Below, piece by piece: positions 50,480-62,800 of a stretch of DNA of 64,000 nt; the stretch's first letter is position 1, and every line of letters starts with the position of its first letter. The notes under the pieces were generated by a model that had not been told where the DNA came from, ran no database searches, and worked only from the letters and a program-made list of their open reading frames with translations. Both the position numbers and the translations under genes were made by a program. This stretch comes from Podarcis vaucheri (lineage: Eukaryota): NCBI GenBank assembly GCA_965113315.1, contig OZ220368.1. The stretch is one strand, 5' to 3'.

Positions 50480-51340
50480 TGCGTCCCGCTCTGCCTTCCA
50501 CCCCCCCCCGGGTTAGCCTGGGTGGACCGATGCGCACCAGCAGAACGAAGCCAAAGGACAGCAGCAGCGCCGTCATGCAGCTTCCGGGCGCGCCGCCGCC
50601 CTTCTGCTCTCACCCTCCCGGGCCAGGCTTGAGCCAAGCCGCGTTGCCTTGTGGGAAACCGCTGAGCAGGGCGAAGCCCATTGGCCCGCCCGGACTGGGC
50701 AGGCTCGCGCTCGGGATTGGCTGGGGCCTTTCGAGAAGGCGGCCGCTGATTGGTGCCCGGCGGGGGGGGAGAGGGGAAGAGGCCGCTCGGCGCCCTGCGT
50801 AATTCGGTCACTACGTCGCCGCCGCGCCCTCTCGCCGAGGTTTGAATGTGAAGCGGAGGAGTTGCTGCTGTCGCCGCCGTCGCTCTGCTAGCCGTGCTCT
50901 CTCAAGGGGTCCGCGTCAGGTGAGGCCGGGCGCCTGAGCGGCGGGGGTCCGGAGCCCTGAGTCGGGCAGGGGGGGAGACGGCGGAACCCCGAAGGGAGGC
51001 GGCCGCGGTCCGCCTTCCCCGGCCCTCGGGTGGCTCTCGGCTTGTGGGCCCAGCCGAGGGAGGGGGCGCACCTGAGCATGCTGCGTCTGCCTCGGCCCGC
51101 CCCTTCGGGGCTGCGCGCGCCCCCCGTTGGTCCTTGAGCCTAGCCCGTGACGAAAGCGCCCTGTTGATTGGCCACCGCAGCTGCCACTCTGGTGGGCGAA
51201 ATAACGAGGTGGTGTGATCCGAATATACTTTAAATCACTGTCTCTCCGTTGCGATTTCCCCCTTCGTGGTATTAAGGCCAAGCCTCGCTCCTCGCGGACT
51301 CAGCCCGGAGGCCACGGGACTGCCACATGCTGCGGAGGGA
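50480..51340. promoter_or_regulatory. CpG island / CSE1L promoter
   Basis: Abrupt GC- and CpG-rich block; ATTGG boxes at 50680, 50716, 50749 and ~51167; GC boxes; TTTGAA at 50841. Confidence 0.9.
50800..50919 (+). other. CSE1L: CSE1L non-coding exon 1 (start approximate)
   Basis: Ends at a strong donor CAG|GTGAGG (50920). It contains GGTTTGAATGTGA, which I recall from the human CSE1L 5' UTR. Confidence 0.7.
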
Positions 51341-52089
51341 GCGGGATTTGTAGCTCCTGGTTCCCTGGGTGTAATGAGCGGGTGCAAAGCAAGGCTTAGG
51401 CTGCAATCCTCTGCGTGCTTTTCCTGGGCATGAGCCCCACTGAATGGAGCTGGGCTGACTTAAGAGTAAGCATGCATGTCAATGACTACGGTGCTAGTAG
51501 CTCCCGAAAGATGTGATGGGTCTAGGCTTATGCGGAAATAGGGTGTTTCCTAACCTGACTTGGAAGAGACTTGCGGGTGTTCAGTGGCAAGGGAAAGCCA
51601 CTCTGCACATGTTCAGAGGTGATTCTTAGGTGCTTGCATGGAACGTTACATTTCAAAGGATTTCCATAAACGTTTGTGGTAATTTTGCATGGCATATTAT
51701 TTCCACATTGCAAATTAGGAGTTGAGAAAAAATAATGGCCATTTCCTGAACTCACAGCACAGGTAATCGACATACCGGTAAATGGTATGAAATAGAATAT
51801 GTTTATATCTCCCAGTATTATTTAGGAGATGTGCAGTAGCATTTTGTAGCAGTGAAACTGGGTTAACAGCGGCTGGATCCTCACACAACAATGGTTTCTT
51901 AAACAGTGGGTGGACCTTCTCCAGGAAAATGTTTGTAATTGTAGCTAGAAGTTTTCATCTGTCATGGTGGGTCTGGGGTGAAAAAACACATCATGGCCTT
52001 CACAGTATCAAACAACCTGTGTGGAAACTAGGTCAAACGTGAGCCATGCAACTGCAACAAGTGGATGCTTTTGACACTTCCTCTATAGG

Positions 52090-52268
52090 AAAGGTAAACG
52101 GTGTTTCCATGTGCTGCTCTGGTTCGCCAGAAGCGGCTTAGTCATGCTGGCCACATGACCCGGAAGCTGTATGCCGGCTCCCTCGGTCAATAAAGCAAGA
52201 TGAGTGCCGCAACCCCAGAGTCGGTCACAACTGGACCTAATGTTCAAGGGTCCCTTTACCTTTACTTA
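52090..52268 (+). mobile_element. 5'-truncated Sauria SINE
   Basis: 3' half plus CCTTTACCTTTAC tail; TSD CTATAGG. Confidence 0.85.
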
Positions 52269-52663
52269 CTATAGGCAGTATCTAATTATGACCAGTTGGA
52301 CAGTACCTTAGTAGCTTTTTCAGCAAAATTTAACTGTTACAGTGAGTGGAGTCTTAACAGCCCCTGCACCATATGGAAAATTCTATGTTTTTTACCACTA
52401 GTGTTCAAGCTTGTCAGTAAATCAAGAAGTGTAATCTGTGGAAGAGAAGCTGGAGGGTCACCCTTTGTTGCCTTATTAACCGCCTCATGCCTCTAACAGG
52501 CCATGTATTAAATTAGCCATGTTCATCATTTCTTGCATTATCCATCAGATCCATACATTCACACATGATGTACCCTTCTCTTTGCTCAACTGTTTATCCT
52601 TGGTCCCATGGCTCTCAATAGATCAGTGATCAGCCTAGAATTCAGGAGGAGAGTTCAGTGTTC

Positions 52664-52996
52664 GGCCTTGGTCGAAGGAGCGTCTCCACCCCCATCCTTC
52701 TACCCGGACACTGAGGTCCAGCACCGAGGGCCTTCTGGCAGTTCCCTCACTGCGAGAAGCCAAGTTACAGGGAACCAGGCAGAGGGCCTTCTCGGTAGTG
52801 GCGCCTTCTCTGTGGAACACTCTCCCACCAGATGTCAAAGAGAACAACAATTACCAGGCTTTTAGAAGACATCTGAAGGCAGCCCTGTTTCGGGAAGCTT
52901 TTAATGTTTGATGTATTACAGTATTTTAATATTCTTTTGGAAGCCGCCCAGAGTGGCTGGGGAAGCCCAGCCAGATGGGCGGGGTATAAATAATAA

Positions 52997-53032
<36 letters not shown>
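52664..53032 (+). mobile_element. L2-clade LINE 3' fragment with (TTA)n tail
   Basis: AGGGCCTTCTCGGTAGTGGCGCC (RAFSVVA) ... GGAAGCCGCCCAGAG ... GGGCGGGGTATAAAT (ATT)n. Confidence 0.75.
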
Positions 53033-53256
53033 GTGTTCCAACTGGGGCTGTCAGTTTCAGAAGAGGAATGAGAGTATAGTGACCTTTCTCTTGCCCAGTT
53101 GCGCAGGAGAGGAAATTCTTGTTGTTTCCAGAAGCCTCTCAGTATTATAATCAGTTGTCAATAATTGTCTGTGTGTACATGTGTGTGAATGATCACTTTG
53201 GTTCCTGATTTTGTGTGATGGTCAAGTATGTTGTATGTAACTTATCTAAAACTAAA

Positions 53257-53505
53257 GAAGAGGAGGAGTTTGGATTTGATATCCCGCTTTATCATTACCC
53301 TAAGGAGTCTCAAAGCAGCTAACATTCTCCTTTCCCTTCCTCCCCCACAACAAATACTTTTTGAGGTAAGTGGGGCTGAGAGACTTCAAGGAAGTGTGAC
53401 TAGCCCAAAGTCACCCAGCAGCTGCATGTGGAGGAGTGGTGAAGCGAACCTGGTTCACCAGATTACAAGTCTACTGCTCTTAACCACTACACCACACTGG
53501 CTCTC
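53257..53505 (-). mobile_element. tRNA-derived squamate SINE (Squam3-like)
   Basis: Minus strand begins GAGAGCCAGTGTGGTGTAGTGGTTAAGAGC (A box), then a B-box-like CAGGTTCGCTTC, with an L2-like tail. Confidence 0.7.
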
Positions 53506-53737
53506 GAACTGCATGTGTGCACCTAGAGGTTTTCATACATGCCTGTAGGGTTTTTTCTTCTAGTGGTTGTTCCCAAGGGTTCCTTGACTTTCCAGAGAGA
53601 TTTTTCAGAAGGCAATGGAAACAAGTATAACAGGTGGTTCAAAAACATGTAGCAATATACAGAAACTTTGCTTATGACTCTTGTTCTTGTTTCTGATTAT
53701 TATAGAAATTTTTGTTAAATTTTTAGGTTCTGCAGTT

Positions 53738-53822
53738 ATGGAACTGAGTGATGCCAATTTGCAGACTTTGACAGAATACTTAAAGAAGACACTTGATCCT
53801 GATCCTGCCATAAGGCGTCCTG
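53738..53822 (+). CDS. CSE1L: CSE1L exon 2 coding part (exon acceptor at 53726)
   Basis: ATG in gttATGg context; MELSDANLQTLTEYLKKTLDPDPAIRRP|gtaaac. Confidence 0.95.
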
Positions 53823-56800
53823 GTAAACAGTTTAAAAATATGAAATTTGAGCCTGCATTGAATGGTGTCTAGTGATAGTTTGACCCAAAACATTATAAGA
53901 TCTGTTTAGTCATTTTCTGGGTTTTTCAGAATCAATGGTAATGGCCCAGAACATGGTTTTTCAAACTGTTGGAACAACATTCATTAATGAAAAAGAAAAC
54001 TGCTTGATTTTTTCCAATATGTTCTTATCTGAAGGAGCAGGCTGACTGAAATCAGTATGTGTCAAAATGAGACCTCTTTTTACTTTCTGTCACTTTAAAT
54101 GCAGATCAGTTGTGTGGGTGGGATGGCTGACCCCTGGAAACCTCATGTGCCAGTTGGACATACATTCTTTTTAAAAAAACGTTAGAAGGTCCATCTGTAT
54201 GCTTTTTGAATTGCAGTCACGTTACTGATTATTAAATGCAAGTTGGTTTTAATCTTCCTGCGATCAAAACTGCATGACGGATCAGTGAATACTTTCTGAG
54301 TCATATTAACTGTCCATGGTTCCATTCTGAAATCTGCCTTTGAGGTGACTGGGCATGATGCAAAGAGAGGTTGCATTGAAATCTGAAATCAGATTTGAAG
54401 TTGAAGTGAACTGTTTAAGCACTTCATGTCCCTTCAGCTTCATTAGGCATGCCTTACCTATCTTGATTGTACCCACAGTCTCACTCAGGATAGTAAATGT
54501 GAATTCAGGGGGTCCTGCTTAGGCAAAGTAACTGTGGAAATCTCAAGAAAAATCAAACTAATTTCAAAAAGACTAGAGGAGGGCCAAATGTGTATTTTGC
54601 ACTTCTTTATTTATTAGCTGTTCAGATAAATTAGTGATCTCTGCATGCTTATATTTGAGTAAGCCCCATTGAATATACTGGGATTTGCTTTTGAATAAAT
54701 ATTCGTTGAATTGCATTGAAGGTCAGGTCCACACTGTGCTGACCTCTTAGAAAGAGTCACTACTAGAGGTGCTGTTTTTGCCTAGTGGAATTGTTGACTC
54801 CCCCCTCCCGCTTTTAACAGCAGATCCTCAGGCCAAATCTCACACAGCTTATGAAACTGCTCTCACAACAGGCTTGTCATGCAGCATGTAGAGCTTCTGT
54901 ACAAGAAACATTAAGTCTAAACATCTGTTGGCTGTGTGGAACTAGTTATGTGGTTCTTTGAATCCAAAACAGTTTATTAACACTGCAAAATATAAAGAAG
55001 TAAATTTGTATAATATTGGTGTTCAACTGTTAAATTTTACAAAATATGTAACTATTTCATTAAATTACTTACCATCATTTAAATTGGGTCTTCCAGTACT
55101 AATTCTTACTGTGCACTCTGCATTTCTGGAAAAACTTCAAAATACTATATGAGCCAAAGTTTTTCAGTAAAGTGAAGGGGAGAGGCTTAATATTTTTTGT
55201 CTCTTTGTTATTCACAGTCACAACATTTAGGTTAAGATGACAGTCCAAACTGGGCTACCTTTTCAGAAATTGTGAAGATACAGAATTTAAGAGCAGCTTC
55301 CTGATATGCATCTAAAATGATTTGCAGTTGCCATATTGCAGCTGTTTAATAATTGTGGGGTTGCAAGTACTGTCATAGAAATATTAGGCGATATCCAACT
55401 AAGTCATACTCTGTGTAGGTCAAGTAACAGTAGCGGTATTGAACAAGCTGGTTGTGAATAAAGTAAATTGATTTCAGTGGATCTACCCTAAGTGTGGCTT
55501 AGTAGGATACCATCCATTAATAGCCATTTCTTCACTGTATCATTCTAAACACCAACTTGGTATTGTATTAAATGGTGTTAAATGTTTGGAGTTTAGACTG
55601 TGGATAGCTAACCTTTTTGCTAAATTCATTATATTTAAATGTTTTATAGCGGAAAAATTCCTTGAGTCGGTTGAAGGAAACCAGAATTACCCACTGCTAC
55701 TTTTAACTCTACTGGAGAAGTCCCAAGATAATGTCATCAAAGTCTGTGCCTCTGTCACATTCAAGAATTACATTAAAAGGAACTGGAGAATTGTAGGTAT
55801 TTTGTTTATTACAATTGTACTATGATAGTGTGTTTCCTTGTAAAGTAAGTGGCTATGAATAAAGTAATGGGAACACTTGTGAACTAAGATGTTGCAGGAT
55901 GATTATAGACATCAGATTTGGTATTGTGGTAAGTTACTGAAGGGAATACCAGGGACGTGGGTGGTGCTGTGGTCTAAACCACAGAGCCTAGGGCTTGCCG
56001 ATCAGAAGGTTGGTGGTTCAAATCCCCACAACGGGGTGAGCTCCCGTTGTTCGGTCCCAGCTCCCCACATAGCAGTTTGAAAGCACGTCAAGTGCAAGTA
56101 GATAAATGGGTACCGCTCCAACGGGAAGGTAAACACAGTTTCCACGCGCTGCTCTGGTTCGCCAGAAGCGGCTTAGTCATGCTGGCCATGTGACCCGGAA
56201 GCTGTATGCCGGCTCCCTCGGCCTATAGAGCGAGATGAGCACCACAACTCCAGAGTTGTCCGCGACTGGACTTAATGGTCAGAGGTACCTTTACCTTTTA
56301 CCCATAAAGCTACCTTTAGAAACAGGTATCTATTTTTCCAGAACAACATACTATTAGTACACTTATATACTGAAGGGAATAGTGATTTTGTATCTGAAAT
56401 CCCAGTTTCTTTGGTTGCTTTGCTAGTTGCAAGGATCCACACATTTGGACTTGCTTCACTAGCCAATCCTTTCTTGGTGTCCTTCATTGTCTCCTCCCTT
56501 CCTCAAGTTCTGTGGCACCTACAAATAACTTGAGAAAGGTATGGATGGTGGTGCTTGAATTTGGCTTTTGCAGAAAACATTGCAAATGCCTTGTTGTTAC
56601 TATTTTCTGCAAATGAGCTGTGGAAAGAAAAATGAGAAGTAGAGGAAAGAAAAAGAAGAATTTTTTCTCTCTCACAGTCAGGATTTTTGAGACAGTACAG
56701 TGATCTTGATAGATGAGAAATAGTTCTCACTGGTGAACTGTTGAATGAATTTATTATACTTCCTACCATGTCACCCTTTTCTGATTTGGTTACTTTCATT

Positions 56801-59800
56801 AGAATTGGTGTTTTAATTTTTATAACTTTGAACTGTATCTGCTTCAGATCTTCCAACTATTGATACTAATTCATTGCAACAGGAAATTAGGACACTTAAT
56901 CACAACTGAATCAAATGGTCCACTTTGAGGTTAATATTTATTATTTTGAGGATGTTCCAGAATCTGCTTTAAGGGCTTGTACTCAGTTACTTTTCAGGTG
57001 CTTTCTCATCAATGGGTTTAAAACGTTGGAAAAGAACGTCATATAAATAGTTAAATCATAAATTTGGAAAAGTATCATTTTACAGCTGCAGTTATTGGCA
57101 CAGAATCAGGAATTGGGAAGGTAGCTCCTTTCTCATGGAGCATTTGAAACCTGTGAAGATGATAACTGAAGCAGCGGGGGTGGAGTGGGGAGGCTATAAG
57201 CCGGCAGTGGATGCTGCACCATGGCAACCCCTGCAGTTGCTGTTTAGTTTGATGATAAAGAGCACTGCTGCAGTGACCAGTTTATTTCAGATGGAAGTGG
57301 AAACAGAGCACGAAATGAAACTCTGCTTCCTGGTGTCAGCAAATTCCACCCATCTCGCCTGATGCATCCACATGCCAGTATGTAGTGTTTACAGCTGAGC
57401 TGTTGTGATGCAACTGGTTGTGGTCTATTGTCTGTCTGATTGGCAGTATGCACAGGAAAATATTTCCTGGGCCCAACATGTTTCAGAATAAATGTGTAGC
57501 GTTTGCTTTTTCCTGAAAGCTTACAACTCAGCCAATGCACTTGATGTAAAAATGCAAGTATCTCGAGATGTTATGATACTAGCTCAATTAACATTTTGTT
57601 CCTAGATTGAAGATGAACCAAACAAAATATGTGAAGCTGACAGGATAGCCATCAAAGCCAACATAGTACACCTAATGCTTAGCAGTCCAGAACAAATTCA
57701 AAAACAGGTGAGGGTGACAATGAAGAAAAGAAACAGAATTCTGTTTATTTCAACAGGGAAATGTTTTGTGCTGGGAGACTGATTGTGTTAGTATATGAAA
57801 TTTTGTTTTAAAGTGAGACGCAATAGATACATCTAAGGGCGGATGAGTTGCTTTGTTTCTGGTTTGTGTCAATTTCACGTATGTTGGTTCACAAGTCTGT
57901 CTATAACCTGAAAAAAAAATCAGTATGAAAATTGGTTTTTAAATATCTTACCCTAAAATAAGTGATTTTTGGTGCATTTTGGTATGTTGTTTTGAGTTGA
58001 GAATTGTATTACAAAATTCAGGGAAGTGTGAAGTCTGAAGGATAAGTTTGCTCTGATTTGTATTGGTATTATTAATATGTATTCCTACTATTCATACTAT
58101 ATGTATCTTATATGCAAAGAAGGGAAGCTGCTATTAAGTTTTTTATTGGAAATAAGATGAAACCTGCATTAACATTTCAGAAGTATTGGGTTTTTCGCTT
58201 CTTAATTTTAGCAAACATAGCTGATATGGTGAAGATAAAACATGTGATTACAGGTGTGCCATTGAAGCCATGGGAGGGAATCCTATGAGAACATTTGGAC
58301 AGATTTTAAAAGCCACGAAATAATTAGGCAGTGTGTGAAACTACCCCAGTATGCCAGCTGAATTTCCCATATGCAGTGTCTTATTATAGTTTGATATCCA
58401 GGGTGAGTGGGGAAAAGGCAACTAAATAGGCCCAGTAGTGCAATAATTTCTGCTTGTGCACTGAAACTTCCTCTCTCTCCTTTCCCCCCATGTACCTCCC
58501 CAGTTTGCTGTAGATGGTCAAGGGAACCCCCATAAAAGATTTGAAGGGTTGCAGGGGTCAGGGAGAAGAGAAGAAGAAGAAATTCATTTGCGCAGCCAAA
58601 AGTCCTTGCCCTAGTGGATCTATTTAGTTGGATACCATCCTTAGGGTAAAAGTGGCATATTCATAAGGCAGAATGAGCCAGGACACCGAATGTGAGTCTG
58701 CCACTGAAAATGGTAGCTGTACATGCAATTCCCCCTCCATAGTATCCTGTACCACTGTCATGATTTCACATGGTCCACTGTCCCATCATGCTGCCATTGA
58801 CAGTGGGGTGGGGAAGGGGAAAAAGTAGTTGTGGTGTCATGAATAAGATCTGCTAGATATTGCAGAGAGGATCAGGGAGGTACACATGCACCTGCTTTTG
58901 TCACTGGCAGTTGCATACTTAACATGTAGAAAGCCTGTCTTGAGTTTACTGTAAGGTGGTTGTTTATCTCCATGCAAATACCTGCATAATGTTTCTGTCT
59001 CGCTCTGTCCTAGTTAAGTGATGCTATCAGCATAATTGGTAGAGAAGACTTCCCTCAGAAATGGCCTGATCTGCTAACGGAGATGGTGAATCGCTTTCAG
59101 AGTGGAGACTTCCATGTTATTAATGGAGTTCTTCGTACAGCACATTCTTTATTCAAAAGGTAGTGGGTGAGGGCCATGAATTTCCAAGTTCTGTTTTGAA
59201 AGTAAAAGCACTCTGTTCTAGCAATAATGCCTTTCAACTTCTTTCTTTTACTTAGCTCTAGTTTTCAAATACATAGAAAATGATCACACAAATTAAATAG
59301 CTCTGGTTTTCCTTCATTTGTCAGGTATCGTCATGAGTTTAAATCAAATGAACTGTGGACAGAGATCAAACTAGTTCTTGATGCTTTCGCACTTCCCTTG
59401 ACAAATCTCTTTAAGGTACAGTGTTGTATTTGAAATATGGAATTGATTTATATACCTTCTGTGTAATGTATTTTTTTTAACTTCACAGCCAACATAAAGC
59501 ATTTTATGTTGACAATTATGAAGTTCCTACTTCTGTCCTAGCTGCTGCGATAGTCAGATATATAAGGTGAATGAAGAAGATAAAGTTTGAATTAAAATCT
59601 TCCATGCTTACTCTGTCCATGTGTTAGCACCCTATAATAAGATGTTTATTAATAACTGCAATAATTGATGCTAAATTAAGATGTTTTTATTAAAACAACA
59701 CTACTGGTGTTCAGACCTCTCTTTTCTAGGCTGTGCCTTTTTGTTTTGTTGCTTTTATATTTTATTGATGTTTTAGCTTATCTGGTTTTGTACATATATT

Positions 59801-62800
59801 GTGCTTTTAATAGAAAAGAGAAATTACATTTAGTTGAATTTGAATGAGAGGCATGAATTTGTGGCATCAGTGAGCTTTCACAGAAGTGGAACAGTATTGG
59901 CAAGTGTCTGAATAGATTTTGTTTTTGATTGCTATTAAAATTGCTCTTTTCCAGGCCACAATTGAGCTTTGTAGTACTCATGCAAATGATGTCAGTGCTT
60001 TGAAAGTACTCTTCTCATCTCTGATTCTGATTGCTAAGCTGTTCTACAGTTTAAATTTTCAGGTAAGCCATCTTTTACATGCTCTTCTAGTGGATAGTTC
60101 TGATCCTGCAAGCAACTTTCTGTATAGGAGCAATTTCACTGATGGATAACTGCATGATTAAAAACCTCAGTGCTGCTAGCCAAAATTCTTGATGGGTTTT
60201 GGAGATGCAAGCAAGTTTAAAAACGCAAGTATCTGGCCAAATGTCAGTGCTCCATAAGTGTGCTAGGATAAGTTGTTTGTTAGAGCTTTAACAAATCTGA
60301 AGTAATGTGCATGTAACCTTTTAGTATAAGAAGCTTGGCTTTTCAGATTTGGATTCAGTGCTGATTATTTTTGGTAAGGCTGGATTTGATCCAAGGTTGT
60401 GTCAGGAGACGAAAGAACAGAGGGAACGATAGCTGTTGACAGACAGAACCTCTCAAATTTAGGGGTAATAAACCTACTTAAGTTTAATTAAGTCAAAGGA
60501 AAGGTGGGTGCTTCTTTTTTTTTACTCTTCATAGGCATAATGGTAGGCCAGTAAATAAAGAAGCAGGGCTTACATGCATCTGTTACTAAGACTAATGTGG
60601 TCCACAATGACCCTTAATTCTGGGAACCCTGGCTGAGCAAAACGGATCTGACACAATAGGCTGCAGTTCCATTGCCTTGAAGCACTGTCAAGCCGTAAAG
60701 CAAGCTGGTTGTTACACAGCTCCTGCTATGCTGATTGAAAACTGAGGAGAAGGTTGATGAGCTACACACGTTAAAAGCTACAGAGAAATTGACTTGGTTT
60801 GTGTCTCTTGGGCTTTGGATTTCCTTTAGCAGTTGAAAATTATGTTTCATACCTTCTCTTTTTTTAAAAAAAAGTAATTCTGTATTTCTTTGAGCAGGTT
60901 GCATGCCAAAATAGACAGGAAAGTATGCTTCTTAAATAAGCAATTACCTAATAGAAAAATAACTACGGATGTGGATCCACTTCTCTATTTTGTAGGATCT
61001 TCCTGAATTTTTTGAAGATAACATGGAAACCTGGATGATGAATTTCCATAATCTTCTAACTTTGGATAACAAACTCTTACAGACAGATGTAAGTAGCAAC
61101 ATAAAAGTGGGATAGAGAAGCTTTCGCTCTCCAGATGCTGCTAGACTAAAACTCATCCCTGATCATTGGTCATGCTGACTTAATTTGATGGGGTCAACAA
61201 AATTTGGAGGGTCACAGTTTCCTCTTCTCTGGCATAAAATCTTTTGGAAAATTTCTGTGTAATGGGAAAGGGAATTCAGAACTCCACTTGAGCTGCAAAA
61301 AAGAAGCTTTCCTGGGTTCTGAACAGGACACTGAAATTGCAGTAGCTCAAGTAATTCTGATTTTTGTCATTCTCTTGGAGGGAAATTGTGGAGCCAGTAT
61401 ACGAAAGATTAAAGGTAGATGGTTTTCTCAAATAAAAAATTGTGTCCCTTTGTATAACATATCATAGCACTGGGTCCATATGTTGATAGTGGTAATTCTC
61501 TTGTCATGGTCATATGTGATGACTGGGCAATGAGAAATTGGCTTTGGAAGAGGGAAATGCTAACAAGCCTGCCCTCAGATGAGCATCTAGTTAATCTGAT
61601 CTCACTTTCTTTTAGTGTTTGGGAACATTTCTCCAGCCAGACTAGGATTTTGGTTTTGGGCAACAAACTACTTTTTCAAGACATGGGGAATTGCTTGGCT
61701 GATTTTGGAACCCAGTTGGGACTTTTACCCTAGATGATGCCCTTAGACATGTGTTATTGTCCCATTTTCATCCCCTGAGCCCTCCTGACCATCCTGCCCT
61801 CCTCCTGCCTCCAAATCCCCTCCTTTCATTTACTTTACTTGCTGCTTTGGCAGATGTCAGGGGTACTAGAAGACTACATTTCCCAAATACGTTGGTGGTG
61901 CTTCTTTTTTGTTGCCAGGATGAAGAGGAAGCTGGTCTGCTAGAGCTTTTGAAATCCCAAATTTGTGACAATGCAGCTTTGTACGCCCAAAAATATGATG
62001 AAGAATTTCAGCCTTACCTGCCCCGTTTTGTCACAGCAATCTGGAATTTATTAGTCACAACAGGGCAAGAAGTTAAATATGATTTGGTAAGTGACTCTCT
62101 TCCATCCAGCTTGAAATAAATGAACCTTTTTTTAGGTGGTCTTCAGATTATGCTCATTTTGTGTTTTCCCCCCCTCAGTTGGTAAGTAATGCAATCCAGT
62201 TTCTAGCTTCGGTTTGTGAGAGGCCCCATTATAAGCACCTGTTTGAAGACCAGAATACACTGACAAGTATTTGTGAAAAAGTCATTGTTCCCAACATGGA
62301 ATTTAGAGGTAAATATTTCCTTTCTTTAAAATCTTGATTAAAATTTTCCAGGAAAGCAAAAATTGAGGTTTAACACTGAGGGCTTTAGAACTGGCACAGT
62401 AGCCAAGTAATGGACTGTATTTGTGGCCATTTGCATTCAAGAGGTTTGCAGCATGGTTTTGAGAGGCATTTTCTGTTCTGCACTCTCAGAACTGCACTTC
62501 CCTTTTATATATATGTAATATGTATGCCCGTCAGAGTTGGGGAACTTCTGTCACTCCAGCTGTTGTTGGACTGCAACTCCCACTATTTCTGACCATTGGT
62601 CACGCTGGGCGGGGCTGATGGGAGTTGGGATTCCAGCAGTATCCAGAGGGGTACAGGTATCCCATCCCATCATGAGTGACTGAAGTAACTCATCAGTTTG
62701 GAAGAGTTGAGTTCCTCATCCACCAGTGCTTCTAGCTCAGTTTAACCTGAGTGTAGTACACTGCTTTTACATTAATTGGATTTTCCCCTGTCTCTGTCAT

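Noticed and set aside
50270-51399. Cluster of overlapping Pro/Arg/Gly-rich ORFs
   Set aside because: Stop-codon depletion in a CpG island explains them; no recognisable domain.
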